Positions 10,228 to 20,184 of a DNA stretch of 64,000 nucleotides are shown piece after piece. The notes under the pieces were generated by a model. The model searched no databases and was not told the DNA's origin. It worked only from the letters and a program-made list of their open reading frames with translations. The DNA is from Pseudomonadota bacterium (GTDB taxonomy: Bacteria > Pseudomonadota > Alphaproteobacteria > Sphingomonadales > Sphingomonadaceae): NCBI GenBank assembly GCA_040388155.1, contig JAZKCJ010000009.1, forward strand, positions 202,028-266,027, read 5' to 3'. How positions within the stretch are numbered: the first letter of the stretch is position 1; the number at the start of each line of letters is the position of its first letter. The position numbers and the translations under genes are program-made.

Positions 10228-10959
10228 TTATCGGGCAGAAGAAAGAGTTTGGAGAAAGGCGGGAAGGGCAAACGCCAGCGCGGCGTCAAAGGTTGCAAGA
10301 TCTGCGGGCTTTCCGAGCGCGGCGGCGCTGGTGACGGGATAGTCGGGCAGTCCGCAGGGGACGATTCCGGCGAAGTGCGAAAGATCGGGCGACAGGTTCA
10401 CCGAGAAGCCGTGCAGCGTGATCCAGCGCCGGACGCGAACCCCGATCGCCCCGATCTTGGCTTCGGCGATGCCGCCAGAGGAAGTCGGCACGTTCGTCCA
10501 GATTCCAACGCGGCCTGGCGCGCGAAACGCCTCGATGCCGATTTCCGCCAGCGCGGCGATCAGCCAGCCCTCAAGGCTGTGTACGAAATGCCGCACGTCG
10601 CGCCCGCGCTTGTTGAGATCGAGGACGAGATAGCCGATCCGCTGGCCGGGGCCGTGATAGGTATAGCGCCCGCCGCGCCCCGTCTGGACGACCGGAAAGC
10701 GCGGATCGAGGAGTTCGGCAGGGTCGGCGCTGGTGCCGCCTGTATAGACGGGCGGGTGTTCAAGCAGCCAGATCAGCTCATCGGCTTCCCCTGCGCCTAC
10801 CGCCGACGCACGCGCCTCCATGATGGCGATCGCTTCGTCATAGGGCATTGGCGCAGGCTCGACGCGCCATTCGATCTCGTCGGGAAGAGCAGTCACGCCG
10901 GATCGATGCGCCACTCCGGCCCCGTGCGCAAGCACTAGTCGGATACCGTGCGCAAGCAT
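10228..10959 (-). CDS. lipB: lipoyl(octanoyl) transferase
   Basis: [12 protein letters not shown] and KIGAIGVR motifs. An alternative GTG start lies at 10896. Confidence 0.9.
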   Translation of the reverse strand: MLAHGIRLVLAHGAGVAHRSGVTALPDEIEWRVEPAPMPYDEAIAIMEARASAVGAGEADELIWLLEHPPVYTGGTSADPAELLDPRFPVVQTGRGGRYTYHGPGQRIGYLVLDLNKRGRDVRHFVHSLEGWLIAALAEIGIEAFRAPGRVGIWTNVPTSSGGIAEAKIGAIGVRVRRWITLHGFSVNLSPDLSHFAGIVPCGLPDYPVTSAAALGKPADLATFDAALAFALPAFLQTLSSAR

Positions 10960-11025
10960 GGCGTGGCGTAGGAAGCTGCGCTAACAGGACCCGCGCGCCG
11001 ATGCGCGACGGAGGACGGAAAGAAC

Positions 11026-11856
11026 ATGGTGAGCATGGGAACGGTCTGGGATCGCACGACCGAATTCTTGAGTGACAATCTTTCCGCGATCACGCCGATC
11101 GCCTTCTTCGCGATCTTCATTCCCGCGGCCCTTTCGGCAAGCCTCGAGCCGCTGACGGCTGTTTTCGGCACGACCGCGATGGCGATTCAGATCCTGTCCC
11201 TGGGGCTTTCGATCGTATCGCTCTGGGGTCAGCTCGCGATCACCGCGCTGGTGCTCGATCCGGCGGGCGGCAGGAGCGCGGCGACGGCCATGGCTGGCAA
11301 GCGGCTCGTGCCGGTCATCGGCCTCCTGCTCGTGCTGCTCATCGGAGTTATCGTCCTGACGCTGCCAGTCCCGATCGCGCTCGCCGCCTCGGGCTTCGAT
11401 TTCCAGGCGGCGATGAATAGTGGAGCGGCAGCGCCAGAGCTCCCGTCCGGCATCGGTGGTTTCGTGCTGCTCTATTCCCTTGTCTTCCTGGTCGTCCTGC
11501 TGTGGCTGGGCGCCCGGCTGGCCCTCATCACGCCGGTCGTGCTGATGGAGGGACTCTGGTTCGGGGCACTCGCACGCTCGTTCAAGCTGACCGGGCCGAT
11601 CCTCTGGAGGATCATCGGCGTGATCATCCTCTATACGATCGTCGCTGGAGTCTCGTTGCTGGCTGCGAAGCTCGTCTTCGGATCGATCTTCAGGCTGGTC
11701 GCCGGTGGTGACGGGCCGGTAACGGTCGGCAGCGTGCTCGCCGCGATCATGGTCAGCGTGATCGTCACTGCCTTCAGCGTGCTCGCGTCGGCGTTTACCG
11801 GAAGGCTCTATCTGGCTGTTCGCGATGCGCGCGAGTCGATCGTCGACTCGCTATGA
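11026..11856 (+). CDS. polytopic membrane protein, function unknown
   Basis: 276-aa ORF with multiple hydrophobic helices. Confidence 0.6.
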   Translation: MVSMGTVWDRTTEFLSDNLSAITPIAFFAIFIPAALSASLEPLTAVFGTTAMAIQILSLGLSIVSLWGQLAITALVLDPAGGRSAATAMAGKRLVPVIGLLLVLLIGVIVLTLPVPIALAASGFDFQAAMNSGAAAPELPSGIGGFVLLYSLVFLVVLLWLGARLALITPVVLMEGLWFGALARSFKLTGPILWRIIGVIILYTIVAGVSLLAAKLVFGSIFRLVAGGDGPVTVGSVLAAIMVSVIVTAFSVLASAFTGRLYLAVRDARESIVDSL

Positions 11857-12599
11857 CCCTCAATGTGATCGGCGTCTTCAACGACGCCTGGAAGCTGTGG
11901 AAGCGCGATCGCGAGCTGTTGATCGGCGTGGCGGGCTTTTTCCTGTTCGTCCCGCAGCTTGCCTTGAAGCTGTTCGTGCCCCTGCCGCCGGATCTGCCCG
12001 ACTTCGGCGACGCAGCCAAGCTCAGGGCCTGGGTCGATGCAGCGGAATCCTGGTCCTCCCAATATAGCCTGATCGTCATCCTGCTGTGGCTGGTGACGCT
12101 GTTCGGCAGCGTCGCGGTCTTCACGCTCTATCTCGATCCGGATCGGCCCGAGGCGCGGCGCGCCCTGGCGCGGGCGTTGCGGCTTTCCCCGCGCTTCCTG
12201 CTGCTCACGATCCTGGTCGCGCTGCCCGTTCAATTCGGCCTGATCTTCCTCCTCCTGCCTGGCTTCTACGCGCAGGGACGCCTCTTGCTTGCCTTGCCCG
12301 CGGTCGTGGCGGAACAGCCCCAAGGAGCGCTCGCCTCGATCTCGCGCAGCCTGGCGCTCACCCGCGGCCATGGCATGGTCCTCGCCGGAATGGGCTGCAT
12401 CGTGCTGCTCGCCGGGGACCTGCTCTCCCGGCCGTTCATTGCCATAGGGAGGATGCTGGGGGGCGCCCCCATGGCCAATCCGGTGGTCGCCGGTCTGCTC
12501 GATACCGGCGCTGCGGCGGGCGTTACCGTTGCGTTGCTCGGCGGAATCCTGATCCAGGTCGCGCTTTATCGGCGGTTGGTGTCGAGCCGGGGTATCTGA
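11853..12599 (+). CDS. polytopic membrane protein, function unknown (architecture similar to preceding gene)
   Basis: 248-aa ORF with an ATGA start/stop overlap with the upstream gene. Confidence 0.6.
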   Translation: MTLNVIGVFNDAWKLWKRDRELLIGVAGFFLFVPQLALKLFVPLPPDLPDFGDAAKLRAWVDAAESWSSQYSLIVILLWLVTLFGSVAVFTLYLDPDRPEARRALARALRLSPRFLLLTILVALPVQFGLIFLLLPGFYAQGRLLLALPAVVAEQPQGALASISRSLALTRGHGMVLAGMGCIVLLAGDLLSRPFIAIGRMLGGAPMANPVVAGLLDTGAAAGVTVALLGGILIQVALYRRLVSSRGI

Positions 12600-13162
12600 G
12601 GCGCGGCGTCGGGCGGCAGGAAGCCGGTCGCGCGCGGATCGGGGAATGTCTCGATCGTCCGTGAAATCGCGGTGAAGCCCGAGGCGCGATAGAAGCCGAG
12701 CGCGGATGGATGGTCGAGCGTGCAGGTATGGACCCAGACTCGTTCGACGCCTTTCGTCCAACCGCGCGCCAGTGCCTCGGCCATCAGCCAACGGCCATGG
12801 CCTTGCCCGGCCAGTTCGGGAACCAGCCCGAAATAGGAAATCTCGCACTCGTGCCGGGCGCGGAAATCAAGTTCGAGCATACCAACCTCGACACCTGCCG
12901 GATCGACCGCCGCGAAGATCGCTATGTCCGGATCATGGATGATTCGGGTAAGCGTCGCGTCGTCCATCACCAGCCGCGAGAACCACAGCCACGGCGCTCC
13001 GATTCGCCGGAACAGCGCGCGATATTTGTCGGCAGACGGCTTTTGCCACGCGACGAGCCGCAGGCGCGAGGCCGGCATCGGCCGCAGCGGCGGGCGCTGC
13101 CGCATCTCAAGCGTCGTGACGATCGTCGCTACGTCGTTTGGAGAAACGGGGCTCAGTCCCAT
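12566..13162 (-). CDS. GNAT family N-acetyltransferase
   Basis: 198-aa ORF. The GLVPELAGQGHGRWLM motif matches the acetyl-CoA binding segment. Confidence 0.8.
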   Translation of the reverse strand: MGLSPVSPNDVATIVTTLEMRQRPPLRPMPASRLRLVAWQKPSADKYRALFRRIGAPWLWFSRLVMDDATLTRIIHDPDIAIFAAVDPAGVEVGMLELDFRARHECEISYFGLVPELAGQGHGRWLMAEALARGWTKGVERVWVHTCTLDHPSALGFYRASGFTAISRTIETFPDPRATGFLPPDAAPQIPRLDTNRR

Positions 13163-13992
13163 GTGGCGACCGGCGGCAGGCTCATCAGGATCGCGTCGAT
13201 ATTGCCCCCGGTCTTGAGCCCGAACAGCGTGCCGCGATCATGGACAAGGTTGAATTCGGCGTAGCGACCGCGCCACGCGCGCTGGGTCTTGAGGTCGGCG
13301 TCAGTGAAGCTGTCGCTCATCCGTCGCCGGACGATTCGCGGATACGTGTCGAGAAAGGCGCGTCCGACATCCTGGGTAAAGGCGAAGTTCGCCGAGAAGT
13401 CGCCTTCCAGATGATCGTAGAAGATGCCGCCGACACCGCGATGGACCTGGCGGTGCGGGATGTAGAAATAATCGTCCGCCCATTGCTTGAAGCGCGGATA
13501 GTGCGCCGGATCGTGCGCGTCGCAGGCTGCCTTCAGCGTCGCGTGGAAATCCTCGGTATCCTCGGCGCGGGGCAGGGGAGGGTTGAGATCGGCGCCGCCG
13601 CCGAACCACCGCTTGGTCGTGACGAGGAATCGCGTGTTCATGTGCACGGCCGGCACATGCGGGTTCGCCATATGGGCAACCAGGCTGATGCCGGTGGCGA
13701 AGAATCGCGGATCCTCGCCGGCGCCGTGGATCGACTTGGCGAAGTCGCCCTCGAAGCTGCCGCCGACGGTCGAGACGTTGACCCCGACCTTCTCGAATAT
13801 CCTGCCCTTCATCACGCCGCGCACGCCGCCGCCGCCCGGCTCGCCCGAGGGATCGGTCCGGTCCCACGCGATATAGTCGAATCGTGCATCCGACCCGGCC
13901 TCGTGCTCGATCGATTCGAATTCGGCGCAAATCTGGTCGCGCAGGCTTTCGAACCAGGCGCGCGCGGTGGATTGTTCAGAGTCGAGTTCCAT
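13153..13992 (-). CDS. hemF: oxygen-dependent coproporphyrinogen III oxidase
   Basis: 279-aa ORF with typical HemF sequence (GGGVRGVM, HMNTRF, WFGGGADL). Confidence 0.9.
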   Translation of the reverse strand: MELDSEQSTARAWFESLRDQICAEFESIEHEAGSDARFDYIAWDRTDPSGEPGGGGVRGVMKGRIFEKVGVNVSTVGGSFEGDFAKSIHGAGEDPRFFATGISLVAHMANPHVPAVHMNTRFLVTTKRWFGGGADLNPPLPRAEDTEDFHATLKAACDAHDPAHYPRFKQWADDYFYIPHRQVHRGVGGIFYDHLEGDFSANFAFTQDVGRAFLDTYPRIVRRRMSDSFTDADLKTQRAWRGRYAEFNLVHDRGTLFGLKTGGNIDAILMSLPPVATWD

Positions 13993-14068
13993 GTGCCAGC
14001 CTTTGCCGATGGATTCCGCGGAAGTCGAGAAGACGGATTGTCCCAGGCGAAGCCGGCGCAGGGTTGAA

Positions 14069-14518
14069 TCAGGCGGGCCAGCCTTTGGTCTGGCGAAGTG
14101 CTTCCCCCAACGCGATTCCCGCGGCGACCGCGACGTTCAGCGACCGCCTGCCTGGAACGAGCGGGATGCGCACCGCCAGGTCGGCGCGGGCATGGACGTC
14201 CGCCGGTACGCCTGCGCTCTCGCTGCCGAGCAGCAGCACATCGTCCGCAAGGAAGGCCGCCTCGTCGATGCGCATGCCGCCGCGCGTCGTCAGCAGCACG
14301 ATCCGGCCGGGGACCTGCGCTTCGAACGCTGCCCAGTCGACATGGCGGACCACGTCGACGGCATCGACATAGTCCATCCCGGCACGCGCGAGCGCGCGAT
14401 CGGACCAGGCGAATCCCATCGGCTCGATCAGGTCGACGCCAACGCCAAGACAGGCTGCGAGCCGCAGGATCGTGCCGACATTGCCGGCGATATCGGGTTG
14501 GTAAAGTGCCACGCGCAT
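14069..14518 (-). CDS. trmL: tRNA (cytidine/uridine-2'-O-)-methyltransferase, SpoU/TrmL type
   Basis: MRVALYQPDIAGNVGTILR N-terminus. ATG 14518 lies within ORF 14069..14554. Confidence 0.85.
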   Translation of the reverse strand: MRVALYQPDIAGNVGTILRLAACLGVGVDLIEPMGFAWSDRALARAGMDYVDAVDVVRHVDWAAFEAQVPGRIVLLTTRGGMRIDEAAFLADDVLLLGSESAGVPADVHARADLAVRIPLVPGRRSLNVAVAAGIALGEALRQTKGWPA

Positions 14519-14702
14519 GGCGCGGGCATAGGCCTTTGGGCGTAGCCGTAACAACAGGGCTAAAATGCAGTTGGCAAAGCGTGCCCCCCGCGTCTATCAG
14601 GCCGCCAGCCTCCGTGGGGACGGAGGATCGGCGGGCGTGCGCGGACAAATCGCATCGCGCTTCTCCGAACGTCGCCGCGACCTGAAGTGCAAGGGCAAGT
14701 GA

Positions 14703-15287
14703 ATGGCAATTGTTGATACCGCCGTACCGCCTGGGGAAGACCCGGCACCGTTCCATGAGGAGGTGGAGGATCCCCGCCGCCGCGATTTCATCAATATCGC
14801 GGCAGTGGCCTGGATCGGCGTCGGCGGTGCTGTCACCGTGCTGCCCCTGCTCAACCAGATGAATCCATCGGCCGACGTGCTCGCTCAGTCGACCACCGAG
14901 ATCGATCTGTCGAAGATCCAGCCGGGGCAGGCGATCAAGACCTCGTTCCGCAAGCAGCCCCTGTTCGTGCGCAACCTGACGCCGAAGGAAATCGCCGAGG
15001 CCGACGCCGTTCCGGTCAGCTCGCTGCGCGACCCGCAGACGCTGGAGCAGCGCACCAAGGCAGGCCACAAGAACTGGCTGATCACGCTCGGCGTGTGCAC
15101 CCATCTCGGCTGCGTGCCGCTGGGCGCGGGCGAGGGCGAGAATCGCGGGCCTTTCGGCGGCTATTTCTGCCCCTGCCACGGGTCGGCCTACGACACCGCG
15201 GCGCGCATCCGCAAAGGCCCGGCGCCGAAGAATCTGGCGGTGCCCGACTATAAATTCAATTCTGCCACCACCGTAACGGTCGGTTGA
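14703..15287 (+). CDS. petA: ubiquinol-cytochrome c reductase Rieske iron-sulfur subunit
   Basis: CTHLGC and CPCHGS Rieske motifs. Confidence 0.95.
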   Translation: MAIVDTAVPPGEDPAPFHEEVEDPRRRDFINIAAVAWIGVGGAVTVLPLLNQMNPSADVLAQSTTEIDLSKIQPGQAIKTSFRKQPLFVRNLTPKEIAEADAVPVSSLRDPQTLEQRTKAGHKNWLITLGVCTHLGCVPLGAGEGENRGPFGGYFCPCHGSAYDTAARIRKGPAPKNLAVPDYKFNSATTVTVG

Positions 15288-15297
15288 GGACGCACCC

Positions 15298-16587
15298 ATG
15301 AGCTTTCCCTGGGCCAAGCATTACGCACCCACCAACCCGCTGATGAAGTGGGTCGACGAACGGCTGCCGGTTCCGCGCCTCGTCTATAACGCCGTGGGTG
15401 CCGGTTATCCGGTGCCGCGCAACCTCAATTATTTCTGGAATTTCGGCGTTCTCGCCGGTGCCGCGCTCGGCATCCAGATCATCACCGGCATCGTCCTCGC
15501 CATGCATTATGGCGCGACGGCCGACGGTGCGTTCAATTCGGTCGAGCATATCATGCGCGACGTGAACGGCGGCTGGTTCCTGCGCTATGCGCACGCGAAC
15601 GGCGCCTCGATGTTCTTCATCGTCGTCTATATCCATATCTTCCGAGGCCTCTTCTACGGTTCCTACAAGGCGCCGCGAGAGATGGTCTGGCTGCTCGGCG
15701 TCGTGATCTTCCTGCTGATGATGGCCACCGCCTTCATGGGCTATGTGCTTCCCTGGGGTCAGATGAGCTTCTGGGGGGCGCAGGTGATCACCGGCTTCTT
15801 CTCGGCGATACCCGTGGTCGGCGAATATATCCGCGTCTGGCTGCTCGGCGGCTACGCGCCGGACCAGGCAGCGCTGAACCGCTTCTTCTCGCTCCATTAC
15901 CTCCTGCCGTTCGTGATCGCCGCGGTCATCGTCCTGCACATCTGGGCGCTGCACATCCCGGGGTCGAACAACCCGACCGGCGTCGAGGTGAAGGGCGAGC
16001 AGGACACGGTTCCGTTCCATCCCTATTACACCGCCAAGGATGGCGTCGGTCTCGGCGTGTTCCTGCTGCTGTTCGCGGTGCTGCTGTTCTTCGCGCCGAA
16101 CTATCTCGGCCATCCGGACAACTACATCCCGGCGAACTCGCTCTCGACGCCCGCGCACATCGTGCCCGAATGGTATTTCTGGCCGTTCTACGCGATCCTG
16201 CGTGCCTTCACCTCGGACTTCATCCTCCCGGCGAAGCTGTGGGGCGTGCTGGCGATGTTCGGTTCGATCCTGCTGCTGTTCTTCCTGCCCTGGCTGGACA
16301 GCTCGCCGGTGCGCTCGGCCACTTACCGGCCGACCTACCGCACCTTCTTCTGGATCCTGGTGGTCGACGTCCTGATCCTCGGCTGGTGCGGCGGATCGCC
16401 CGCGACGCCGCTCTACGTCATCCTCAGCCAGATCTGTGCGGCTTACTATTTCGCGCATTTCCTGATCATCCTGCCGATCATCTCGCGGGCGGAACGCCCC
16501 ACGCCGCTGCCCAACTCGATCACCGAGGCGGTGCTGGCGAAGCATGGCGGCAGTTCATCGGCGCAGACCGCGCTCGCGGCCGAATAA
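15298..16587 (+). CDS. petB: cytochrome b
   Basis: 429-aa polytopic protein with typical cytochrome b sequence. Confidence 0.95.
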   Translation: MSFPWAKHYAPTNPLMKWVDERLPVPRLVYNAVGAGYPVPRNLNYFWNFGVLAGAALGIQIITGIVLAMHYGATADGAFNSVEHIMRDVNGGWFLRYAHANGASMFFIVVYIHIFRGLFYGSYKAPREMVWLLGVVIFLLMMATAFMGYVLPWGQMSFWGAQVITGFFSAIPVVGEYIRVWLLGGYAPDQAALNRFFSLHYLLPFVIAAVIVLHIWALHIPGSNNPTGVEVKGEQDTVPFHPYYTAKDGVGLGVFLLLFAVLLFFAPNYLGHPDNYIPANSLSTPAHIVPEWYFWPFYAILRAFTSDFILPAKLWGVLAMFGSILLLFFLPWLDSSPVRSATYRPTYRTFFWILVVDVLILGWCGGSPATPLYVILSQICAAYYFAHFLIILPIISRAERPTPLPNSITEAVLAKHGGSSSAQTALAAE

Positions 16588-16602
16588 GGGGCAATAGGTA
16601 CA

Positions 16603-17451
16603 ATGGTCCGCAATCTTGCAATGCTGGTCGGCGCCGGGTTCGTCGCCGTACTCGCCTGGGCTCTCTTCTGGACTGTCCAGAGCCAGATCACCGATCCGGC
16701 GCCTGCGTCGATCGAGACGACCGAGTGGCACAAGCATCCCAAGGAGCTTGAGCTCGACTCCAACGGCTGGTTCGGCAATCTGAAGAACACCCGGCAGCTG
16801 CAGCGCGGCTTCCAGGTGTTCAAGGAAGTCTGCGCGGCGTGCCACTCGCTTCACCAAGTCTCGTTCCGCGATCTCAAGCAGATCGGGTACAGCGACGCCC
16901 AGGTGAAGGCGATCGCCAACCAGTGGGTGATCGAGCAGCCTTCGATCAATCCGGACACCGGCGAGCCCGCGACCCGCAAGAACATCCCGTCGGATCGCTT
17001 CCCGTCGCCCTTCGCGAACGAGATCGCCGCGCGCGCCGCCAACAACAACGCGGTTCCGCCAGATCTCTCGCTGATGACCAAGGCGCGTCATGACGGCCCG
17101 GCCTATATCTACTCGCTCCTGACCGGCTATCAGGCTCAGTCGGCCGAGATGATCAAGGAATTCCCGGACGTGAAGACGCCCGAGGGCCTGCACGCGAACC
17201 CCTATTTCGCGACGATGAACATCGCGATGCCGCCGCCGCTGACCAGCGAAGGCCAGGTGCAGTATCTCGACGGCACCAAGCCGACCGTCGACCAGATGGC
17301 GAAGGACGTCGCTGCGTTCCTCGTATGGACTGCCGAGCCCAATCTCACGGCGCGTCACTCCGCTGGTTTCGCCGTGGTGATCTTCCTGCTGATCTTCTGC
17401 TTCCTTGCCTGGGGAGCGTATCAGAATGTCTGGCGCGACATTAAGCACTGA
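16603..17451 (+). CDS. petC: cytochrome c1
   Basis: CAACHS heme-binding motif and a C-terminal anchor helix. Confidence 0.9.
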   Translation: MVRNLAMLVGAGFVAVLAWALFWTVQSQITDPAPASIETTEWHKHPKELELDSNGWFGNLKNTRQLQRGFQVFKEVCAACHSLHQVSFRDLKQIGYSDAQVKAIANQWVIEQPSINPDTGEPATRKNIPSDRFPSPFANEIAARAANNNAVPPDLSLMTKARHDGPAYIYSLLTGYQAQSAEMIKEFPDVKTPEGLHANPYFATMNIAMPPPLTSEGQVQYLDGTKPTVDQMAKDVAAFLVWTAEPNLTARHSAGFAVVIFLLIFCFLAWGAYQNVWRDIKH

Positions 17452-18013
17452 GACAGTGGCGCCCGGCGCCGATGACGCTGGAGCCAATGACGATCTCAGG
17501 GCTCTGATCCGGACGATCCCCGACTTTCCGAAGCCGGGGATCATGTTCCGGGACATCACCACCTTGCTGCTCGATGCACGGGGCTTCGCCCTGTGCATCG
17601 ACCGCATGGCGGCCTCGGTGGGCGGCAAGGTCGATCTGGTCGCCGGCATCGAGGCCCGCGGCTTCCTCTTCGCCGCTGCGCTTGCGATCCCGCTGGACGC
17701 GGGCGTGCTGCTGATCCGCAAGGACGGCAAGTTGCCCGGTGCGACGATCGCCGAGGACTATGCGCTCGAATACGGTACCGACCGGATCGCGATTCATGCC
17801 GATGCCTGTACGCCGGGCGCGACCGTCCTGCTGGTCGACGACCTGATCGCGACCGGCGGTACCGCGCGGGCAGCCGTGCGGCTGCTGCGCAAGGCGGGAG
17901 CGATCGTCACCCAGGCCGCCTTCGTCATCGACCTGCCCGAGCTCGGGGGCGCCGATGCGCTTCGCGCGGACGACATCGAGGTTCGCTCGCTGGTGGCGTT
18001 CGACGGGCATTGA
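17426..18013 (+). CDS. apt: adenine phosphoribosyltransferase
   Basis: PDFPKPGIMFRDIT and VLLVDDLIATGGT motifs. ATG 17426 overlaps the petC end by 26 nt; GTG 17456 is the non-overlapping alternative. Confidence 0.9.
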   Translation: MSGATLSTETVAPGADDAGANDDLRALIRTIPDFPKPGIMFRDITTLLLDARGFALCIDRMAASVGGKVDLVAGIEARGFLFAAALAIPLDAGVLLIRKDGKLPGATIAEDYALEYGTDRIAIHADACTPGATVLLVDDLIATGGTARAAVRLLRKAGAIVTQAAFVIDLPELGGADALRADDIEVRSLVAFDGH

Positions 18014-18039
18014 TCCGCGAGCCCTTGCGGGCATCGCCA

Positions 18040-18415
18040 TACCCCAGGTTTCCGGACGACGGATTGCGAGCCAGGTGAGGGCAGCAGTCACATCCGCCGG
18101 AATGCGCTCACGCCAGACCATGATGATCGGCTCCTCGGCATGGGCAGGTACGATCGTCCTGCTCCTCTTCCGTTCGAAACCGATCGCGCGCTGATAGAGC
18201 GAGCTTTCGACCCGGTCGTCGGCAGCGCGCCGGCCGGCAGCGATGCCGGCGGCGAAATCGGGGTATCGCCGGCGCCACGCCTCGCAGGTTTCGATTCCCA
18301 CCTCGAAAAAATCGGCGATACCGGCCTCGTCGGCGCCGAGCATGCAAAGCTTGCGCGCCTGCCGGGCATATTCCGGCCGGTAGGCAGGTTCCCGCTTAGC
18401 CCCGCGTCCCGGGCA
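18040..18415 (-). pseudogene. phage small-terminase-like (HTH) gene remnant with no usable start and no own stop
   Basis: Minus-frame translation reads GRGAKREPAYRPEYARQARKLCMLGADEAGIADFFEV...WRRRYPDF...ESSLYQRAIGF...TAALTWLAIRRPETW. This resembles phage terminase small subunit / DNA-packaging HTH proteins (recognised from memory). The frame has no ATG, GTG or TTG just upstream. It also runs on antisense through apt without a stop. Confidence 0.55.
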
Positions 18416-18602
18416 TTTCCCTGTTCCGGCTGTGGTAACAGGGAAAATAACAGGGAATCTGGTATTTCCATCCGTCTGCGGGGCTCTGTCAGATGCCGAA
18501 TTATGGCCTGAAACCAATGCGCGGCATGCAGATTCCCTGTTCCCGTGAAACAGGGAATTGGCCGAGCCCGAACAGGGAAGGGGACGTCGGGAACAGGGAA
18601 AT
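18415..18602. promoter_or_regulatory. cluster of seven GrAACAGGGAAw motifs (5 forward, 2 reverse) in the divergent region between the terminase-like remnant and the DUF5681 gene
   Basis: AACAGGGAA occurs at 18437, 18449, 18549, 18571 and 18592. TTCCCTGTT occurs at 18417 and 18533. All were read directly. Confidence 0.85.
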
Positions 18603-18691
18603 CCCGGGTCCGGCTGGATCATGGCTTGATTCAACCATTCGGCGGAATCGGGTTTGTGCGGAGCGACCATCATCATGGAAGGAGTCGTCGC

Positions 18692-19195
18692 ATGGCAAAC
18701 GGCAAGCTTGAATCAAGGGCGACCGGATATGGCAATCCGCCGGTCGAGCATCGATTCCGCAAGGGACGTTCCGGCAATCCCGCTGGACGGCCGCGCGCGA
18801 CCGGGGCGCAGGGGGACAGGCTGCCGGGATCGACCGAGCCCGGCCGGCAGATGATCCTGGCCGAGGCCTATCGCCGCGTGACGGTCGAGGAGGATGGCAA
18901 AACACTCGAACTGTCGACGCACGAGGCGGTCTTGCGCGCGATGGCCACGGCGGCGCGCGAGGGCAACCAGGTCGCGCAACATCGCTGGACCCAGTTGGTG
19001 AAGGCCGCCGAGGCCGAGCAGAAGCGCGCGCAGATTGCGCTCTACAATGTGCTCGAACGTGACCATCTCGAACGGGAGTGGTCGGACCGCGAGGGGAAGA
19101 TGGTGGTATGCCCGTCCTATGCGGACGACATCGTCGCCGACCCCCGGACCGGTGCCGTCGTCGTGCGGGAAGTGCCGGACGCGGGCGAGGCGTAG
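18692..19195 (+). CDS. DUF5681-type phage-associated protein
   Basis: ATG 18692 follows GGAAGGAG. The N-terminus (GNPPVEHRFRKGRSGNPAGRPR) is typical of the DUF5681 motif found in phage and prophage proteins. Confidence 0.6.
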   Translation: MANGKLESRATGYGNPPVEHRFRKGRSGNPAGRPRATGAQGDRLPGSTEPGRQMILAEAYRRVTVEEDGKTLELSTHEAVLRAMATAAREGNQVAQHRWTQLVKAAEAEQKRAQIALYNVLERDHLEREWSDREGKMVVCPSYADDIVADPRTGAVVVREVPDAGEA

Positions 19196-19344
19196 CGCCG
19201 GACATGTCGACCCGGTCTGGTTTGGCGTAAAGGAGGCGTTCGCCGGAACCGTCGCGTCCTTTTTCCGTTGATGATGCATCGAAGCGCCGCTTCGAAGCGC
19301 CGCTGCCGCACCACATCGGCGCTCCCATCATGGGAGTTGCGTCA

Positions 19345-19707
19345 ATGTCACCCTTCAAGCTTTCCGTTGCGGGCCTCGCGCTTGCCGCCGGCTTCGGCCT
19401 CTCCGGCTGCGCGACCGATGGTTATGGCTATGGCGGAATCTCCGCCGGCTATAGCGACTGGGATCCCTATTATGGCGGCTACCGGGCCGATCCCTATTGG
19501 GGCTGGTATGGCGACTATTATTATCCCGGCACCGGCTATTACGTCTACGATCGCAACAATCACCGTCATCGCTGGAACGACGGTCAGCGCGGCTATTGGC
19601 AGGGCCGGTCGCAGAACTGGCATCGTGACCGGCGCGACATCCGGCCCGTCTGGCGCGACTATGGCGTGACTCGTGGCCAGCATCGCGGCGGCGGACGCCG
19701 CCGCTGA
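19345..19707 (+). CDS. Gly/Tyr/Trp-rich small lipoprotein
   Basis: Signal peptide with lipobox LSGC. ATG 19345 follows GGGAG. Low-complexity GY-rich body and Arg-rich tail. Confidence 0.6.
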   Translation: MSPFKLSVAGLALAAGFGLSGCATDGYGYGGISAGYSDWDPYYGGYRADPYWGWYGDYYYPGTGYYVYDRNNHRHRWNDGQRGYWQGRSQNWHRDRRDIRPVWRDYGVTRGQHRGGGRRR

Positions 19708-19728
19708 TTCAGCGGGGACCGTCCGGCC

Positions 19729-20184
19729 TCAATCGGCGGGACGGGTCCTGATCAGCCCGATCGAGGTGAAGGTCATCACCGGGACGTCATCCTGATTGAG
19801 GACGGTCATCCTGCTGCGATAGCTGCCCATCTCCGGCCGGCTTTGCGAGGCGCGCTTGTCGAGGATCTCGGTCTCGCATCGAAGCACATCGCCGGGATAG
19901 ACCGGCTTGAGCCAGCGCAGCTCGTCAACGCCGGGCGATCCAAGGCCGGCCTGGCGGTTCGCCTTCAGATTCTCCACGACCATCGACATGGTCATGGCGC
20001 AGGTCTGCCAGCCACTGGCCGAGAGCCGGCCGAAATGCGTGGTCGCCGCTGCCTCGTCCGACAGGTGGAACGGCTGCGGATCATATTTGGACGCGAACTC
20101 GATCACCTCTTCGCGGGTGACCTCATAACGGCCGAAGCTGCCCTTCGTGCCCACCACGATATCCTCGAAATACTGCATCGTCAC
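19729..20184 (-). CDS. MaoC-like (R-specific enoyl-CoA hydratase fold) dehydratase
   Basis: 151-aa hot-dog fold sequence. An alternative ATG start lies at 20178. Confidence 0.8.
   Translation of the reverse strand: MTMQYFEDIVVGTKGSFGRYEVTREEVIEFASKYDPQPFHLSDEAAATTHFGRLSASGWQTCAMTMSMVVENLKANRQAGLGSPGVDELRWLKPVYPGDVLRCETEILDKRASQSRPEMGSYRSRMTVLNQDDVPVMTFTSIGLIRTRPAD

Noticed and set aside
17441-18676. 411-aa minus-strand ORF treated as one gene
   Set aside because: Only the middle (about 18040-18415) resembles a phage small terminase. The 5' part is the repeat array. The 3' part is antisense to apt. I therefore called it a remnant rather than an intact CDS.
19279-19303. Tandem 12-mer TCGAAGCGCCGC x2 upstream of the Gly/Tyr-rich lipoprotein gene
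   Set aside because: Only two short copies, which is compatible with chance or a small hairpin. There is not enough to propose a function.
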